The notes under the pieces were generated by a model. It did no database searches and had not been told where the DNA came from. It saw nothing but the letters and a program-made list of their open reading frames with translations. Positions 38,110-50,479 of a DNA stretch of 64,000 nt are shown here, one piece after another. The DNA comes from Octopus sinensis. Its lineage: Eukaryota. Each line of letters opens with the position of its first letter. Within the stretch, counting starts at the first letter, position 1. The stretch covers positions 1 to 64,000 of the forward strand of contig NW_021833077.1 in the NCBI RefSeq assembly GCF_006345805.1. Reading direction: 5' to 3'. The translations under genes were made by a program, and so were the position numbers.

Positions 38110-38318
38110 TAGCCTGGGAGTATTGGCTTCAAATTTTGGCGCAAAGCAAGTAATCATGAGGGGTGGAGTTGAGTCAATTATATCGCCCCAGTACTTGACT
38201 AGTACTTTATTGTATTGACCACGAAGGGATGAAATGCAAAGTCGGCCTCGGTGTAATTTGAACTCAGAACGTAAAGAGATATACCGGTAAGCATTTCGTC
38301 CTACCTACTAACGATTCT
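38110..38318 (-). mobile_element. SINE family B, old host copy (continues 38717-38748)
   Basis: Diverged B body with the alternative tail, interrupted by a young dimer. Confidence 0.7.
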
Positions 38319-38716
38319 TATTTCTTTATTGCACACAAGGGGCTAAACATAGAGGGGACAAACAAGGACAGTCAAAGGGATTAAATCAATTACATCGACC
38401 CCAGTGCGTAACTGGTACTTTATTTATCGACCCCGAAAGGATGAAAGGCAAAGTTGACCTCGGCGGAATTTGAACTCAGAACGTAACGGTAAGACGAAAT
38501 ACTTCTTTCTTTACTGCCCACAAGGGGCTAAACACAGAGAGGACAAACAAGGACAGACAAACGGATTAAGTCGATTATATCGACCCCAGTGCGTAACTGG
38601 TACTTATTTAATCGACTACGAAAGGATGAAAGGCAAAGTCGACCTCGGCGGAATTTGAACTCAGAACGTAACGGCAGACGAAATACCGCTAAGCATCTAA
38701 CGTTTCTGCCAACTCG
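38319..38716 (-). mobile_element. SINE family B dimer nested in an old B copy
   Basis: 19-bp TSD cctacctactaac(g/t)attct at 38300-38318 and 38717-38735. Confidence 0.88.
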
Positions 38717-39658
38717 CCTACCTACTAACTATTCTGCCCGCTCAACACCTTTTAATCCGAGAGTATTATAGATTAAAATACCCTAGGCATGGGTACAACA
38801 ACACATAAATGAATGCATTAGCTAAGAACGAACCCTCGGCGTCACTGATTGAATGTATAATGAAACTCGGTCAACTATCGATCTGACAGCTACAAAAATA
38901 TTTTTTTCCCACCTAACTCAACAAGGACCAAATACTATTTCAAATTATACAAAAGATTAAAGCGGAGAAGGTAAAATTTCAACAAGCGCACACAATAGCA
39001 TTTAGCAAGCAACAATTAAGGACCCAATGCAACGTGACTGATTCTATCAAGCAGAAGCAGGTTTTTAAAAATAGATCCACTGAACAAAATGAAATTTTAC
39101 TAGAAAAACAAGTACCGACAGTAAACAGGAGTGCAGCAATAAATATTGCGATAAAAGAGAACAGTATATTATTTCGTGTGTATGTGTAAGTTTTTTGTGT
39201 ATGGGTTGAATAGTGCTCGATTTGGAAGAAACAAGAGGAAAAGCTGAGAGCATATTTTTAAGTAGATGTGTCATTGGGGGTGAGAAAGTAAAATATCAGT
39301 TCAAAAAGATCATTCTGTGTTAAACAAAACAACTATTTCCAGATGGCATTTATATAGCGATACCATACCTGATAAGGCGGGTAAACAAGTATGTATTTAG
39401 ATATGCATATATGTATGTTAGTATGTGCGTGTGAGTGTGTGCTCATACACACAAACATATATATATATATATATATACACACACGCGCGCGCGCGCACAC
39501 ACATATATATATATATATACACACACATACATACACACACGCACACATATATGTACCCACACACATAGACACGTGTATGTATGTATCTATGGGTGTATAT
39601 ATATATATATTATATATATATATATATACACATATATATGTGTGTGTGTGTGTGTATC

Positions 39659-40006
39659 TCTTTTATTCTTTTATTTGTTGCAGTCATTTGACTGTGGCCA
39701 TGTTGGAGCACCGCCTTTAGTCGAGCAAATCGACCACAGAATTTATTCTTTGGAAGCCTAGTATTTATTCTATCGGTCTCTTTTTGCCGAACCGCTATGT
39801 TACGGGGATATATATATATACATACATATATATATATATACATATATACGACGGGCTTCTTTCAGTTTCCGTCTACCAAATCCACTTACAAAGCTTTGGT
39901 CGATCCGAGGCTATAGTAGAGGACACTTGCCCAAGGTGCCACGCAGTGGGACTGAACTCGGAACCATGTGGTTCGTAAGCAAGCTTCTTACCACACAGCC
40001 AAATCC
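39659..40006 (-). mobile_element. SINE family A
   Basis: Match to family A with an internal deletion. Confidence 0.85.
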
Positions 40007-40406
40007 ATATACAGTGTATAAGGATGAAAATGATAACGACCCTTCTTGTGTCATATAGACTCATAGGGCTGGTTTCCCTTTTTGTGGGGTAACGTGAAAT
40101 GAAGTGTTTTCCTCAAGGGTACAAAGCGTCAATAGGTCCGGGAATACGAAACAAGAATCTTCCAGGTTCGATGATTTTGCGAATCTTACATTATGTACAA
40201 ACTCTATACTTGGAATGACCAATTGTAAATACTGTTGGATTTTACTCATAAGGTATTGGAATATTATATGTATACCATTCTGCCTTAAAAAATGGTTCTA
40301 CAAATTCAATATCCCTACATATCTCACATCTATTTTCTTTCCTCCGCCTCACTCTCTATTTTGTATCCCATCTAAATTAACTATTTCTTAACCATTCTCT
40401 CACACC

Positions 40407-40458
40407 GTCTCTGATGAAGGGATATAATTAATAAATATCCTGGAAACAGCTGTAAGAC
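40407..40458 (+). ncRNA. Type I hammerhead motif, intact CUGAUGA/GAAA core
   Basis: Stem I gtct/agac; CUGAUGA 40411-40417; 7-bp stem II gggatat/atatcct (A.G at its base); GAAAC-AGCU-GUA, cut after 40454. Confidence 0.62.
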
Positions 40459-40546
40459 TTTCTATCTATAAATGTTCGAATATCTACACAACCTTGGGGT
40501 TTTTTATCTTATTACTCAAAAAATTCTTATATATAATGATCCCCGA

Positions 40547-41146
40547 GGCGGCGAACTGGCAGAAGCGTTAGCGCGCTGGGCGAAATGCTTAGCGGTATTT
40601 CGTCTGTCGTTACGTTCTGAGTTCAAATTCCTCCGAGGTCGACTTTGCCTTTCATCCTTTCGGGGTCGATAAATTAAGTACCAGTTACGCACTGGGGTTG
40701 TTGTAATCAACTTAATCCCTTTGTCTGTCCTTGTTTGTCCCCTCTGTGTTTAGCCCCTTGTGGGTAATAAAGAAATAGGTATTTCGTCTGTCGTTACGTT
40801 CTGAGTTCAAATTCCGCCGAAGTCGACTTTGCCTTTCATCCTTTCGGGGTCGATAAATTAAGTACCAGTTACGCACTGGGGTCGATGTAATCGACTTAAT
40901 ACCCATGTCTGCCCTTGTTTGTCCCCTCTGTGTTTAGACCATTGTGGGTAATAAAGAAATAGGTATTTCGTCTGTCGTTACGTTCTGAGTTCAAATTCCG
41001 CCGAGGTCGACTTTGCCTTTCATCCTTTCGGGGTCGATAAATTAAGTACCAGTTACGCACTGGGGTTGATGTAATCAACTTAATCCCTTTGTCTGTCTTT
41101 GTTTGTCCCCCTCTGTGTTTAGCCCCTTGTGGGCAGTAAAGAAATA
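40547..41146 (+). mobile_element. SINE family B trimer
   Basis: Units restart at 40778 and 40962 (period 184); TSD atatataatgatccccgagg at 40529-40548 and 41144-41163. Confidence 0.92.
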
Positions 41147-41492
41147 TATAATGATCCCCGAGGGAAATATATCAGATATTCTACAATGACCATGTTTCCT
41201 GTGGTACATTGATACATTGTACCAAATAGCTGGCGAAAAGCAAATGAGCACAATGATTAAAAAAAAAAAAATGCCGACTGATATGGATTGGTCACCAGCT
41301 GCAACAACAACTCAATGAATGCTATTGACACTGTCTGCCGCTTAAGATGCTACAAAGTGGAAAGCGCGAGAGGAAATGACCAAGAACGACTTACCACCGC
41401 ATGATTCGTGCAGTCTGCAGGGTTTCGCTCAATGAAACACTTCAAACGGCTGAAGCTGGTAATAAGCGGAAAGTCTTAATAAATTATGTCTG

Positions 41493-41716
41493 AGCTGGCA
41501 GAAACGTTAGTGCGCCGGGCGAAATGCGTAGCCGTATTTCGTCTGTCGTTACGTTCTGAGTTCAAATTCCGCCGAGGTCGACTTTGCCTTTCATCCTTTC
41601 GGGGTCGATAAATGAAGTACCAGTTACGCAATGGGGTCGATGTAATCGACTCAATCCCTTTGTCTGTCCTTGTTTGTCCCCTCTATGTTTAGCCCCTTGT
41701 GGGTAGTAAAGAAATA
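41493..41716 (+). mobile_element. SINE family B monomer
   Basis: TSD tatgtctg at 41485-41492 and 41717-41724. Confidence 0.9.
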
Positions 41717-42046
41717 TATGTCTGCCAATGACTGACTATACCCATTTTTCTAACCTCCCACCATTATTCATATTTCTCTGTTGAATTTTAATAATGGATA
41801 TTGATTGATCGATATATATATCAATACACATACCTACACACATACATACAATATTGCATTCTACTTGACACTGACTTCGCTTATAAATGTCGCCAATAGT
41901 GTTATTTTTCACGTTTTCAATTTCAGTATGTTGCCAATTTTACCATAACCATAATAGATATTAGTTAATTTGCACATGCATTGAGTCCTTCATTCAGTCA
42001 ATGTTCGTTCCTCCTATAGTGAAAACTACTTATTTTTAAAGTCATA

Positions 42047-42429
42047 AGAAGGGATATTAAAAAGTTCCCGGGCCAGTTTTGTTGCGCGCCAACAGATGGC
42101 AACACACGGTTGCGTGCACAGTGAGAGCTAGCAGTGACCTTCATGAGGCAGTGTGCTGAGTGATATTGCTGTTTTTTTATTTGCAAGTTGTTGAATTTAT
42201 GCTTTTGAGATCACGCGTATGTTGTGATTTTTGTCATGGATAAGAAACTGGAACAAAGAGCCACGGAAAACCACCACAAGGCTCGATACAAAAGCGGCAG
42301 GAACGCTGGGATCGGTGCATTGCTGCGCAAGGTGACTATTTCGAAGGAGATGATGTTGAAGTTTAGGTAAATTAGTTGTTTTTTTTTTATTAAACATAAC
42401 ATGTCCAGGAGCTTTTTGATACCACCTCG
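42047..42429 (+). mobile_element. Internally deleted mariner
   Basis: Right TIR tttttgataccacctcg-TA, degenerate left TIR; transposase start MDKKLEQRA joined almost directly to the end QERWDRCIAAQGDYFEGD. Confidence 0.8.
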
Positions 42430-42444
42430 TATATATATTTCGAT

Positions 42445-42782
42445 ATGGTCATTTATTTCTTGCCAAATACACACACGCGCTGTATATTCGCCCTTCACTC
42501 GTTCGTTATTGCTCTTATTTTATATTATGTCCATTTCTGGAAATATTTCGTCACACATTTGTGACATATTCAGTGATCCTTTTTGTCCATGTGTATCCCC
42601 CATTCTTTGAACTACATGGACCAATAGGTTACACGTGGATGGAAAGGATCGCTCAAGAGGTCACAGATGTGCGACGAAATATTTCCAGTCAATGGACATA
42701 AGACGAAATAAGAACATTAATAAATGAATGAAGAACGAATATATAGTGCGTGTGTTTATTTGGGAAGAAAAAAATTGACCAT
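42445..42782. mobile_element. Fold-back / MITE-like element with about 120-bp imperfect inverted repeats
   Basis: Arms 42445-42565 and 42660-42782. Confidence 0.65.
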
Positions 42783-42928
42783 CCCGAAAAATATCAATAT
42801 TTGTTTCAAAACACGATTTCACATCAGGAATCTTGCAAACCAATTTCATATCTATGTATATATATATATATGTATGTGTGTGTGTATGTATGTATGTATG
42901 TATGTATGTGTATGTATGTATGTATATA

Positions 42929-43140
42929 CAGGGTCGCCCAAAAGTAGGTTTACAGTTATTCGACTATCTCTTTCGCATTCATAGATTAACAATTTAGATC
43001 TTAATTATAAAAAAATATGAAACCATCATTCTATGCTAATTTAGTTAATTGTAAGATAGAAATTTAGATGTAATAATATGTTTTAAAAGAAATTTATCGT
43101 GCCTACGTGATATCTGTAAACCTAATTTTGGGCCACCCTG
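42929..43140. mobile_element. Tc1/mariner-type MITE
   Basis: 27-bp TIRs cagggt(c/g)gcccaaaa(g/t)taggtttacag; TA TSD. Confidence 0.85.
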
Positions 43141-43149
43141 TATACATAA

Positions 43150-43227
<78 letters not shown>

Positions 43228-43284
43228 TAAAACAAGAAAAGAGTAAAATATATATATATATAATATATATATAATATATATATC

Positions 43285-43503
43285 TTTTACTCTTTTACTT
43301 GTTTTAGTCATTTGACTGCGGCCATGCTGGAGCACCGCCTTTAGTCGAGCAACTCGACCCCGGGACTTATTCTTTTTGTAAGCCCAGTACTTATTCTATC
43401 GGTCTCTTTTTGCCGAACCGCTAAGTGACGGGACTTAAACCACCAGCATCGGTTGTCAAGCAATGCTAGGGGAACAAACACAGACACACAAACCACACAC
43501 ATA

Positions 43504-43540
<37 letters not shown>

Positions 43541-43734
43541 ATATAATATATATATATATATATACTATATACGACAGTTTTCTTTCAGTTTCCGTCTACC
43601 AAATCCACTCACAAGGCATTGGTCGGCCCGGGGCTATAGCAGAAGACACTTGCCCAAGATGCCACGCAGTGGGACTGAACGCGGAACCATGTGGTTGGTT
43701 AGCAAGCTACTTACCACACAGCCACTCCTGCGCC
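43285..43734 (-). mobile_element. SINE family A, full length
   Basis: Embedded in (TA)n. Confidence 0.9.
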
Positions 43735-43778
<44 letters not shown>

Positions 43779-44317
43779 GAGAGAGAGAGAGAGAGAAAGG
43801 TACTTAATTACAAGCGGGAAGGTGGTGTCTGCTCTAACGTAGAACCCCCTACTCTTTCTGTTAGTTATCTCTCTCGTTTAGATATCAATAACAATGATTT
43901 TCAGGTACTCTAGAACAAAGACTCCCTTCCTCCCTTTCTCACTACCCAAAATACATCTGCGCCCACTATCGCTCTCATAACTCGTCGAACCAGTAGCACT
44001 TCTTCAACTATATCTCCTTCGTTGACTACATATATCTCGTTTCACCCTTCTTCGAATTCATTGTTCTCGGCAACTACAGAAATCGTATCTTGTCGATCTA
44101 TCTTTCATCTAACACCAGTGCAGTAGGCCCATAACCCGTAGCATTTACAGAACTCACCCCTCTTTATCAATTCCTCACTACGCCTAAACCCGTCTCAGAT
44201 GGATATTCAGAAAGCCGAAATACTATCCTTCTCTCACCTCAAAAATGACGTAATGTATCTTAAATCACACGCGCGCGCTCGCTCACACAGACACACACAC
44301 ACACACACACACACACA

Positions 44318-44573
44318 TGAAGGCGCGTGGCCTAGTGGTTAGGCTGTTGCCTCACGGTGCGTTCGATTCCCAGAGCGGGCGGCGAATTATTTTCTGGAGC
44401 AAAATACTTCATTTCAAGTTGCTCAAGTCTCCTTTTCATAGGCGGAGTGGGGAGCGTTGGCCTGGTCACTTGACTCGTTGGGTGGCGTTATGTGAAGGCT
44501 AAAATGATGCAAGACACATTGTGACCCGCGATGTATAACAACATCTGACAGTCTTGTCGGTTAGGTGATCATG
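44318..44573 (+). mobile_element. SINE family C variant, diverged
   Basis: ggcgcgtggcctagtggtt, cgttcgattccc, CORE-like gagcaaaatacttcatttcaagttgc. Confidence 0.7.
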
Positions 44574-44664
44574 TATATATATATATATATATATATCTAT
44601 ATATATATATATTATATATATATATTATATATATATATACATACATAGATAGATAGATAGATAG

Positions 44665-44728
<64 letters not shown>

Positions 44729-44825
44729 ATAGCAAGACAACAAAAGAATGAAAGAGACCTCGGTATTATGTAAATAGAGGAGCTTATCTGTAAGTATGAT
44801 AAGTGACAATTATTCGGTAGCCATG

Positions 44826-44884
44826 ATAAAACTCCGAGTTTCGGATGTCGGGGCGGAAACCCATGTCAGCATCTCTTCAGTTAT
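44826..44884 (-). ncRNA. Hammerhead-like motif (left arm)
   Basis: Reverse-strand counterpart of 44908-44966. Confidence 0.42.
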
Positions 44885-44907
44885 CGGGCCATTCATAGCA
44901 TTTTCCT

Positions 44908-44966
44908 ATAACTGAAGAGATGCCGGCGTGGATTTCCGCCCCGACATCCGAAACTCGGAGTTTTAT
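44908..44966 (+). ncRNA. Hammerhead-like motif (right arm)
   Basis: ataa-CUGAAGA-gatgccgg..ccgacatc-c-GAAAC-ucgga-GUU-uuau. Confidence 0.48.
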
Positions 44967-45578
44967 CATGCCTACCGAATAATTGTCACATATCATATTT
45001 ACAACACACACCATATATATATATATATATACACACACATAAGGTTTGGGGTTCAGTCTCATTACTCTGAATTCTTTGCTCAATCTTCTTCATTCAAATA
45101 TCTTCTGTTGTGGAGGTGTGATCATGTTTAATCTTGTGACTTGGCAAATGGAGATGACAGAACAATTACCAGCAGTACAAATATCTACTAAAGTCGATTT
45201 AACCGGCTAAAATCCTGATGTTCCCACTCCGGAATTGCCACTGTCCAGTATATGAAAAAAAAAAACACGTAAAGGAACTGAAAAAGAATAAACGTATAAA
45301 AATCACAGCAACCACTTGAATACATATTTCCTGCCGACATTTTGAACGTTTCTGATAATAAAAGCTGCAAGTTGCTAAAATTAGTTTGTATTTATCTATC
45401 TTATTTGGGAGAGGCTTATATAGTGGTAAATGTTAAAATAGAGTAAATACAATGTATTTTATCTGGTGTTGTCAGCGATTCTAAACCTGGAGTCTAAACC
45501 AGAAGTGTCACATTTTGGTCGCGGTTCATTGACTAATGCCAATTAAAGAATGACATATGTATTGTGCATGTGTGTGTG

Positions 45579-45616
<38 letters not shown>

Positions 45617-46049
45617 TATATATATTCATTTATGTATGTGTATATTCGTATGTATGCATGTAAGCTTGAGTGTAAGTACGTGTGTGTGTATACATATATA
45701 ATATATGCGTTTGTACATACATACATATATATATATATACATGTATATACATATAAACATATACATGTGTTAGTTTCCTAGATGTTTTTGTTGTGTGTTT
45801 GTTTATGTATGTGTGTATGCGTGTGCCGCGTGGGTATATATATGCGTGTATGTATGTGTATGCGTATGTCTGTCTGTGTGTGTATGTGAAACAGCAGGTA
45901 TGCAAGACACTAGCATATGTAAATATCTCTGAGCACAAAAATGCAGAGCCACATCGAATAACTGAGATAACCTCACAGTACAGAAGGTAAGTGTTTTCAA
46001 CATGCCGAACGACAAAATAATCTAGCAGCGCTGTTTCATCTGTTGTTCT

Positions 46050-46860
46050 TGTTGTTCTTTGATTAGTTGTTGGTAGTAGCGGCGGCGGCGGCGGCTGTGG
46101 TGGTGGTGGTGGTGGTGGTGGTGGTGGTGGTGCTGATGGTGATGGTGAGGTGGCCGCTGCTGTTGCGGGTCATAGTGATTGGTGAAAATTAATGTGACGA
46201 CGATTATTATGATTGTGATGATCGTGGATGTGATAATGATGAGTCGTCATTAAATGAAAAAGGAACAAAACAAGAAGTTGATGGATGATGGTGAAGAGGA
46301 GAGGGAGGAGGAGGAAGGGAGGATGAGAAGAATGAGAAGAAGAATGAAGAGGAGGGGAAGGAGAAAGAGAAATGGAGAGGAGGAGAAAAAGAAGAAGAAG
46401 AAGAATTAGAAGGAGCAGGAGCATGAGGAGGTAGAGGAGAAGAATGAGAGGGGGAGCAGAAGAAGGGGAGGAGGAGCAGGAGGAGCAGGAGCAGAAGTGT
46501 GAGCGGTAGGAGGTAAAGGAGAAGGAGAAGGTGAAGGAAGAGAGGTAGAAGAAGAAGAAGAAGAAGAAGAAGAAGAAGAAGAAGAAGACACGACGACAAG
46601 ACAGGTAAAATAAGGTGGAATGGAATGGTGAAGTTGATGATGATGGTAACGATGAGGATGTCGACGAAGACGACGATGATGACGGTGATGAGAATGATGA
46701 TGGAGGTGATGACGATAATGATGACAGTGGTGGTAGTGGTGGTAGTGGTGGTAGTAGTTGTGGTGGGGAGTGTGGTGGGGAGTGTGGTGGGGAGTGTGGT
46801 GGGGGTGGTGGTAGTGGTGTTAGCGTATGTGTTGATGATAATCATGATAATGACTCCGAT
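46050..46860. repeat. Compound (GGT)/(GAT)/(GGA)/(GAA)n low-complexity region
   Basis: Visible trinucleotide mosaic. Confidence 0.9.
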
Positions 46861-46952
46861 ACTTGAATTCTATCTTATCTGAAGTGGATGCTGTCTCTAT
46901 ATTTTCTGCGCAGAGAAAAGCAACGCTTGATGAATGATGGATACTTCACAGC

Positions 46953-46984
<32 letters not shown>

Positions 46985-47002
46985 TGTATGTATGTATGTA
47001 TG

Positions 47003-47033
<31 letters not shown>

Positions 47034-47134
47034 GTATGTATGTATGTATGTATTTATGTATTCATGTATGTATATATGTATATATACATATCTATATTCT
47101 ATATCTATATCTGTATCATATATATATATATGTG

Positions 47135-47195
<61 letters not shown>

Positions 47196-47492
47196 CATAC
47201 ATATGTATACGTATATATATCTAATTATATATATATATATGTAATAATGAAGGGTGAAATTAATTAATTTGGAATAATTATCAATTACACCAAGTAGTCT
47301 TCGGCATGTAGATGACCACAGCATTTTGTTTTGGCTACACGCGGGTGGGAAGGGGCTGGTGACACAATCTTTTCATTCAAACACTGAATTTGGTGATACT
47401 AGTTGCGGATTCTAGCTCGCTCTGATACTGAGTTGAGTTGGTGCCTTCTAGTATCTCAAAATTCAATATATAATCATTTATGATTATAGTAT

Positions 47493-47599
47493 TCTACGCT
47501 GAAAAGAAAAGAAGTTTTGGTGAGATAGAATTATTTAATATTTAATATTAAATTCTTATGCTTTCCTAAAAACTTGATTTCGAAACGTACGTCCGTAGA
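47493..47599 (+). ncRNA. Type I hammerhead motif, long stem II, G8A core change
   Basis: Stem I tctacg/cgtaga; CUGAAaA; stem II gaaa..aagtttt..gaatt/aattc..aaaactt..tttc; GAAAC-GUAC-GUC, cut after 47593. Confidence 0.6.
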
Positions 47600-48089
47600 T
47601 AACTTAAAATTGTATGATAGATTGCCGTCAATTCATTCTCTCTTACCTGTTTGTGTCTACCTTCCAATTGCTGTTTTTACTGAGATCTCCCTTTTTAGTA
47701 GAAGAAATAGCTATAACTCTTTGACTGCTATTTCTAAATTCGGTATGTGGTAAGGCATTCGTTGCTAAACCCTTTATTGCTTAGTATTACTTAAATTTTC
47801 CTCGAATGAGGCTTTTACATGCCGAAGACTACTTGGTGTAATTGATAATTATTCCAATTATTAATTTCACCCTTCATTATTACGGATAACCATATTTTAT
47901 CTCAGTAGATGACCACAGCATCTTGTTTTGGCTACACGCGGGTGGGAAGGGGCTGGTGACACAATCTTTTCATTCACACATTGAATTTGGTGATACTAGT
48001 TGCGGATTCTAGCTCGCTCTGATACTGAGTTGAGTTGGTGCCTTCTAGTATCTCAAAATTCAATATATAATCATTTATGATTATAGTAT

Positions 48090-48188
48090 TCTACGCTAAG
48101 AGAAAAGAAGTTTTGGTGAGATAGAATTATTTAATATTTAATTCTTATGCTTTCCTAAAAACTTGATTTCGAAACGTACGTCCGTAGA
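48090..48188 (+). ncRNA. Type I hammerhead motif, long stem II, G5 deleted
   Basis: Same fold as 47493-47599; core CU-AAGA; GUC site, cut after 48182. Confidence 0.55.
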
Positions 48189-48455
48189 TAACTTAAAATT
48201 GTATGATAGATTGCCGTCAATTCATTCTCTCTTACCTGTTTGTGTCTGCCTTCCAATTGCTGTTTTTACTGAGATCTCCCTTTTTAGTAGAAGAAATAGC
48301 TATAACTCTTTGACTGCTATTTCTAAATTCGGTATGTGGTAAGGCAATTCGTTGCTAAACCCTTTATTGCTTATATATATATATGTATATATATATATAT
48401 ACATATGTATACGTATATATATATATATATATATAGTATATATATATATTAATAT

Positions 48456-48486
<31 letters not shown>

Positions 48487-48580
48487 ATATAAGATGTGTT
48501 GTATGTATATATATATATAATATATATATACATACATACACATGCTTATGTGTATATATATATACATATATATTATGTGT

Positions 48581-48629
<49 letters not shown>

Positions 48630-48983
48630 ATAATTATGAGAAATATCTCAAAAGGATATCCTTTAATATAGCGCAACACATTAGCGCTCTGAAGGAGCAA
48701 TAAGTAGCAGTGAGAATATGTCCTCACTAAAGATTCATCCTAATTTATTGTTACACTACCGCTCCTTGGATTTTTACCTTCCAGCCTTGTCATCGATTCT
48801 TAAAATTTGACTGCCTAACACCGAACGTTTTAATGCCGATACATTCATGTATTATACACTTTCATGTTTTATGTATTTGTACTTGAATTGGTACTGTATA
48901 TGAATATGTCTATGATCCAGAATGATTTATTTTGATAAAGAGAGTTGACCTTTGAAATGTGTTTTCTGTTCTTTTGTGTGTAC

Positions 48984-49039
<56 letters not shown>

Positions 49040-50129
49040 ATGCATGTTTTTAATATTACTACTCAATACACTCGCACGGATATATAAATGTGTGATTGAA
49101 ATGTAGAATAAGAGAGAAAGAGGAGAGAGAGAGAGAGAGAGATAAATGCCTATAGACTAGTCATGCGCTGGTAATAACTGAGTTTCATGACTAAATCCGT
49201 CCATTCGACGGTAATGACATATTTTATTCAACCAGAACGCGGCTGTTGGTTAATATCACTGAACGATATAAAGGGTATAATTATCAGTTTTGCGGGTTTA
49301 GTTCTCTCTCATTTCTTACCTAAACTTTCATAAATTCAATTCCCACGTTTAAATATAAACAAATATATATGCCACTTATGTAAATACAACTGAATCTGCG
49401 TATGGATTTGTAAGCATTTAATACATTTCACATTTCTCTATGTGTGTCCTGTGTATGTGAAATTTATGATTCATTAATGGCAGACAACTAAATACTAAAG
49501 ACATTATTATAATCGCTCATGTTCTGCCCACAAATATTACATTACTTTTGGTAGTTATGTATAACAGTAGAACTTTATACGTTAAGTTAAAACTATTTCA
49601 TGTAAATTTGTTCTCCCCACATAATAGTTGAAGAATATGATGAGGTTCTGACTGTCAAATAAATTCTCTCCTTAAAACGTTCAACCGCATTCCCCATAGA
49701 ATTTTTTTCGCAAGAGTCACAATACCTCATTAAAGTAAACCTGTCTTTTGATCCTCAAACCGGATCCGTCTCGTAATATAACTTATTTAATATAAACCGA
49801 CAAATCAACAGTACAAGGACACTGGACCACTTCCTATCAGACGGTTTCGTTACTTTATGCACATATTCGAAAAATGTGGTTGTTGGTTAGTTTAACAGAG
49901 GCTCTTGGGTCGATGAAAGCACGACCAGAGGATCAAACTCAACGATGAAATAAGGGGAATACAAACTCAAACTTAATCAAATACGAAAATTAATATAACG
50001 ACCTTAACTGAAATAAAAACAATTTGAGTACAACGAATATATCTTACATATATCATACAATAATGTATTAAACTAATAAAGAAAAGACCAAAAGGAAGAG
50101 CAGAATACAGAGAAAGAGAGAGAGATTGG

Positions 50130-50130
50130 G

Positions 50131-50172
<42 letters not shown>

Positions 50173-50201
50173 GATAGATAATAGAGATAGATAGATAATA
50201 G

Positions 50202-50241
<40 letters not shown>

Positions 50242-50300
50242 TATATATATATAATATATATATATATAGATTAGATAGATAGATAGATAGATAGATATAG

Positions 50301-50339
<39 letters not shown>

Positions 50340-50367
50340 TAATATATATAATATATATATATATAAT

Positions 50368-50442
<75 letters not shown>

Positions 50443-50450
50443 GGGAGACA
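50130..50450. repeat. (GATA)n/(TA)n tract
   Basis: Visible run. Confidence 0.9.
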
Positions 50451-50479
50451 GAGAGAACGACAGACAAGTATTAATTAGA

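Larger units (their letters stand above)
44795..44997. repeat. 90-bp inverted repeat, each arm carrying a hammerhead-like motif
   Basis: Arms 44795-44884 and 44908-44997, 23-nt spacer. Confidence 0.85.
47241..48373 (+). mobile_element. X/R family element (third locus, two hammerhead-bearing direct repeats)
   Basis: Direct repeats 47308-47783 and 47905-48373; inverted X arms 47241-47310 and 47816-47883; (TA)n on both flanks. Confidence 0.65.

Noticed and set aside
38845-38875. ctgattga...gaaactcggtc hammerhead-like string
   Set aside because: Extra core base, 2-bp stem II and no stem I; likely chance.
45890-45992. Consensus splice donor AAG|GTAAGT at 45987 with a short open frame upstream
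   Set aside because: No convincing acceptor, the peptide is unrecognised, and single donor matches are expected by chance.
46170-46882. Acidic, Gly-rich, poly-Leu and poly-Thr ORFs
   Set aside because: They come from a trinucleotide mosaic open in several frames, with no domain or splice support. The same applies to 62690-63397.
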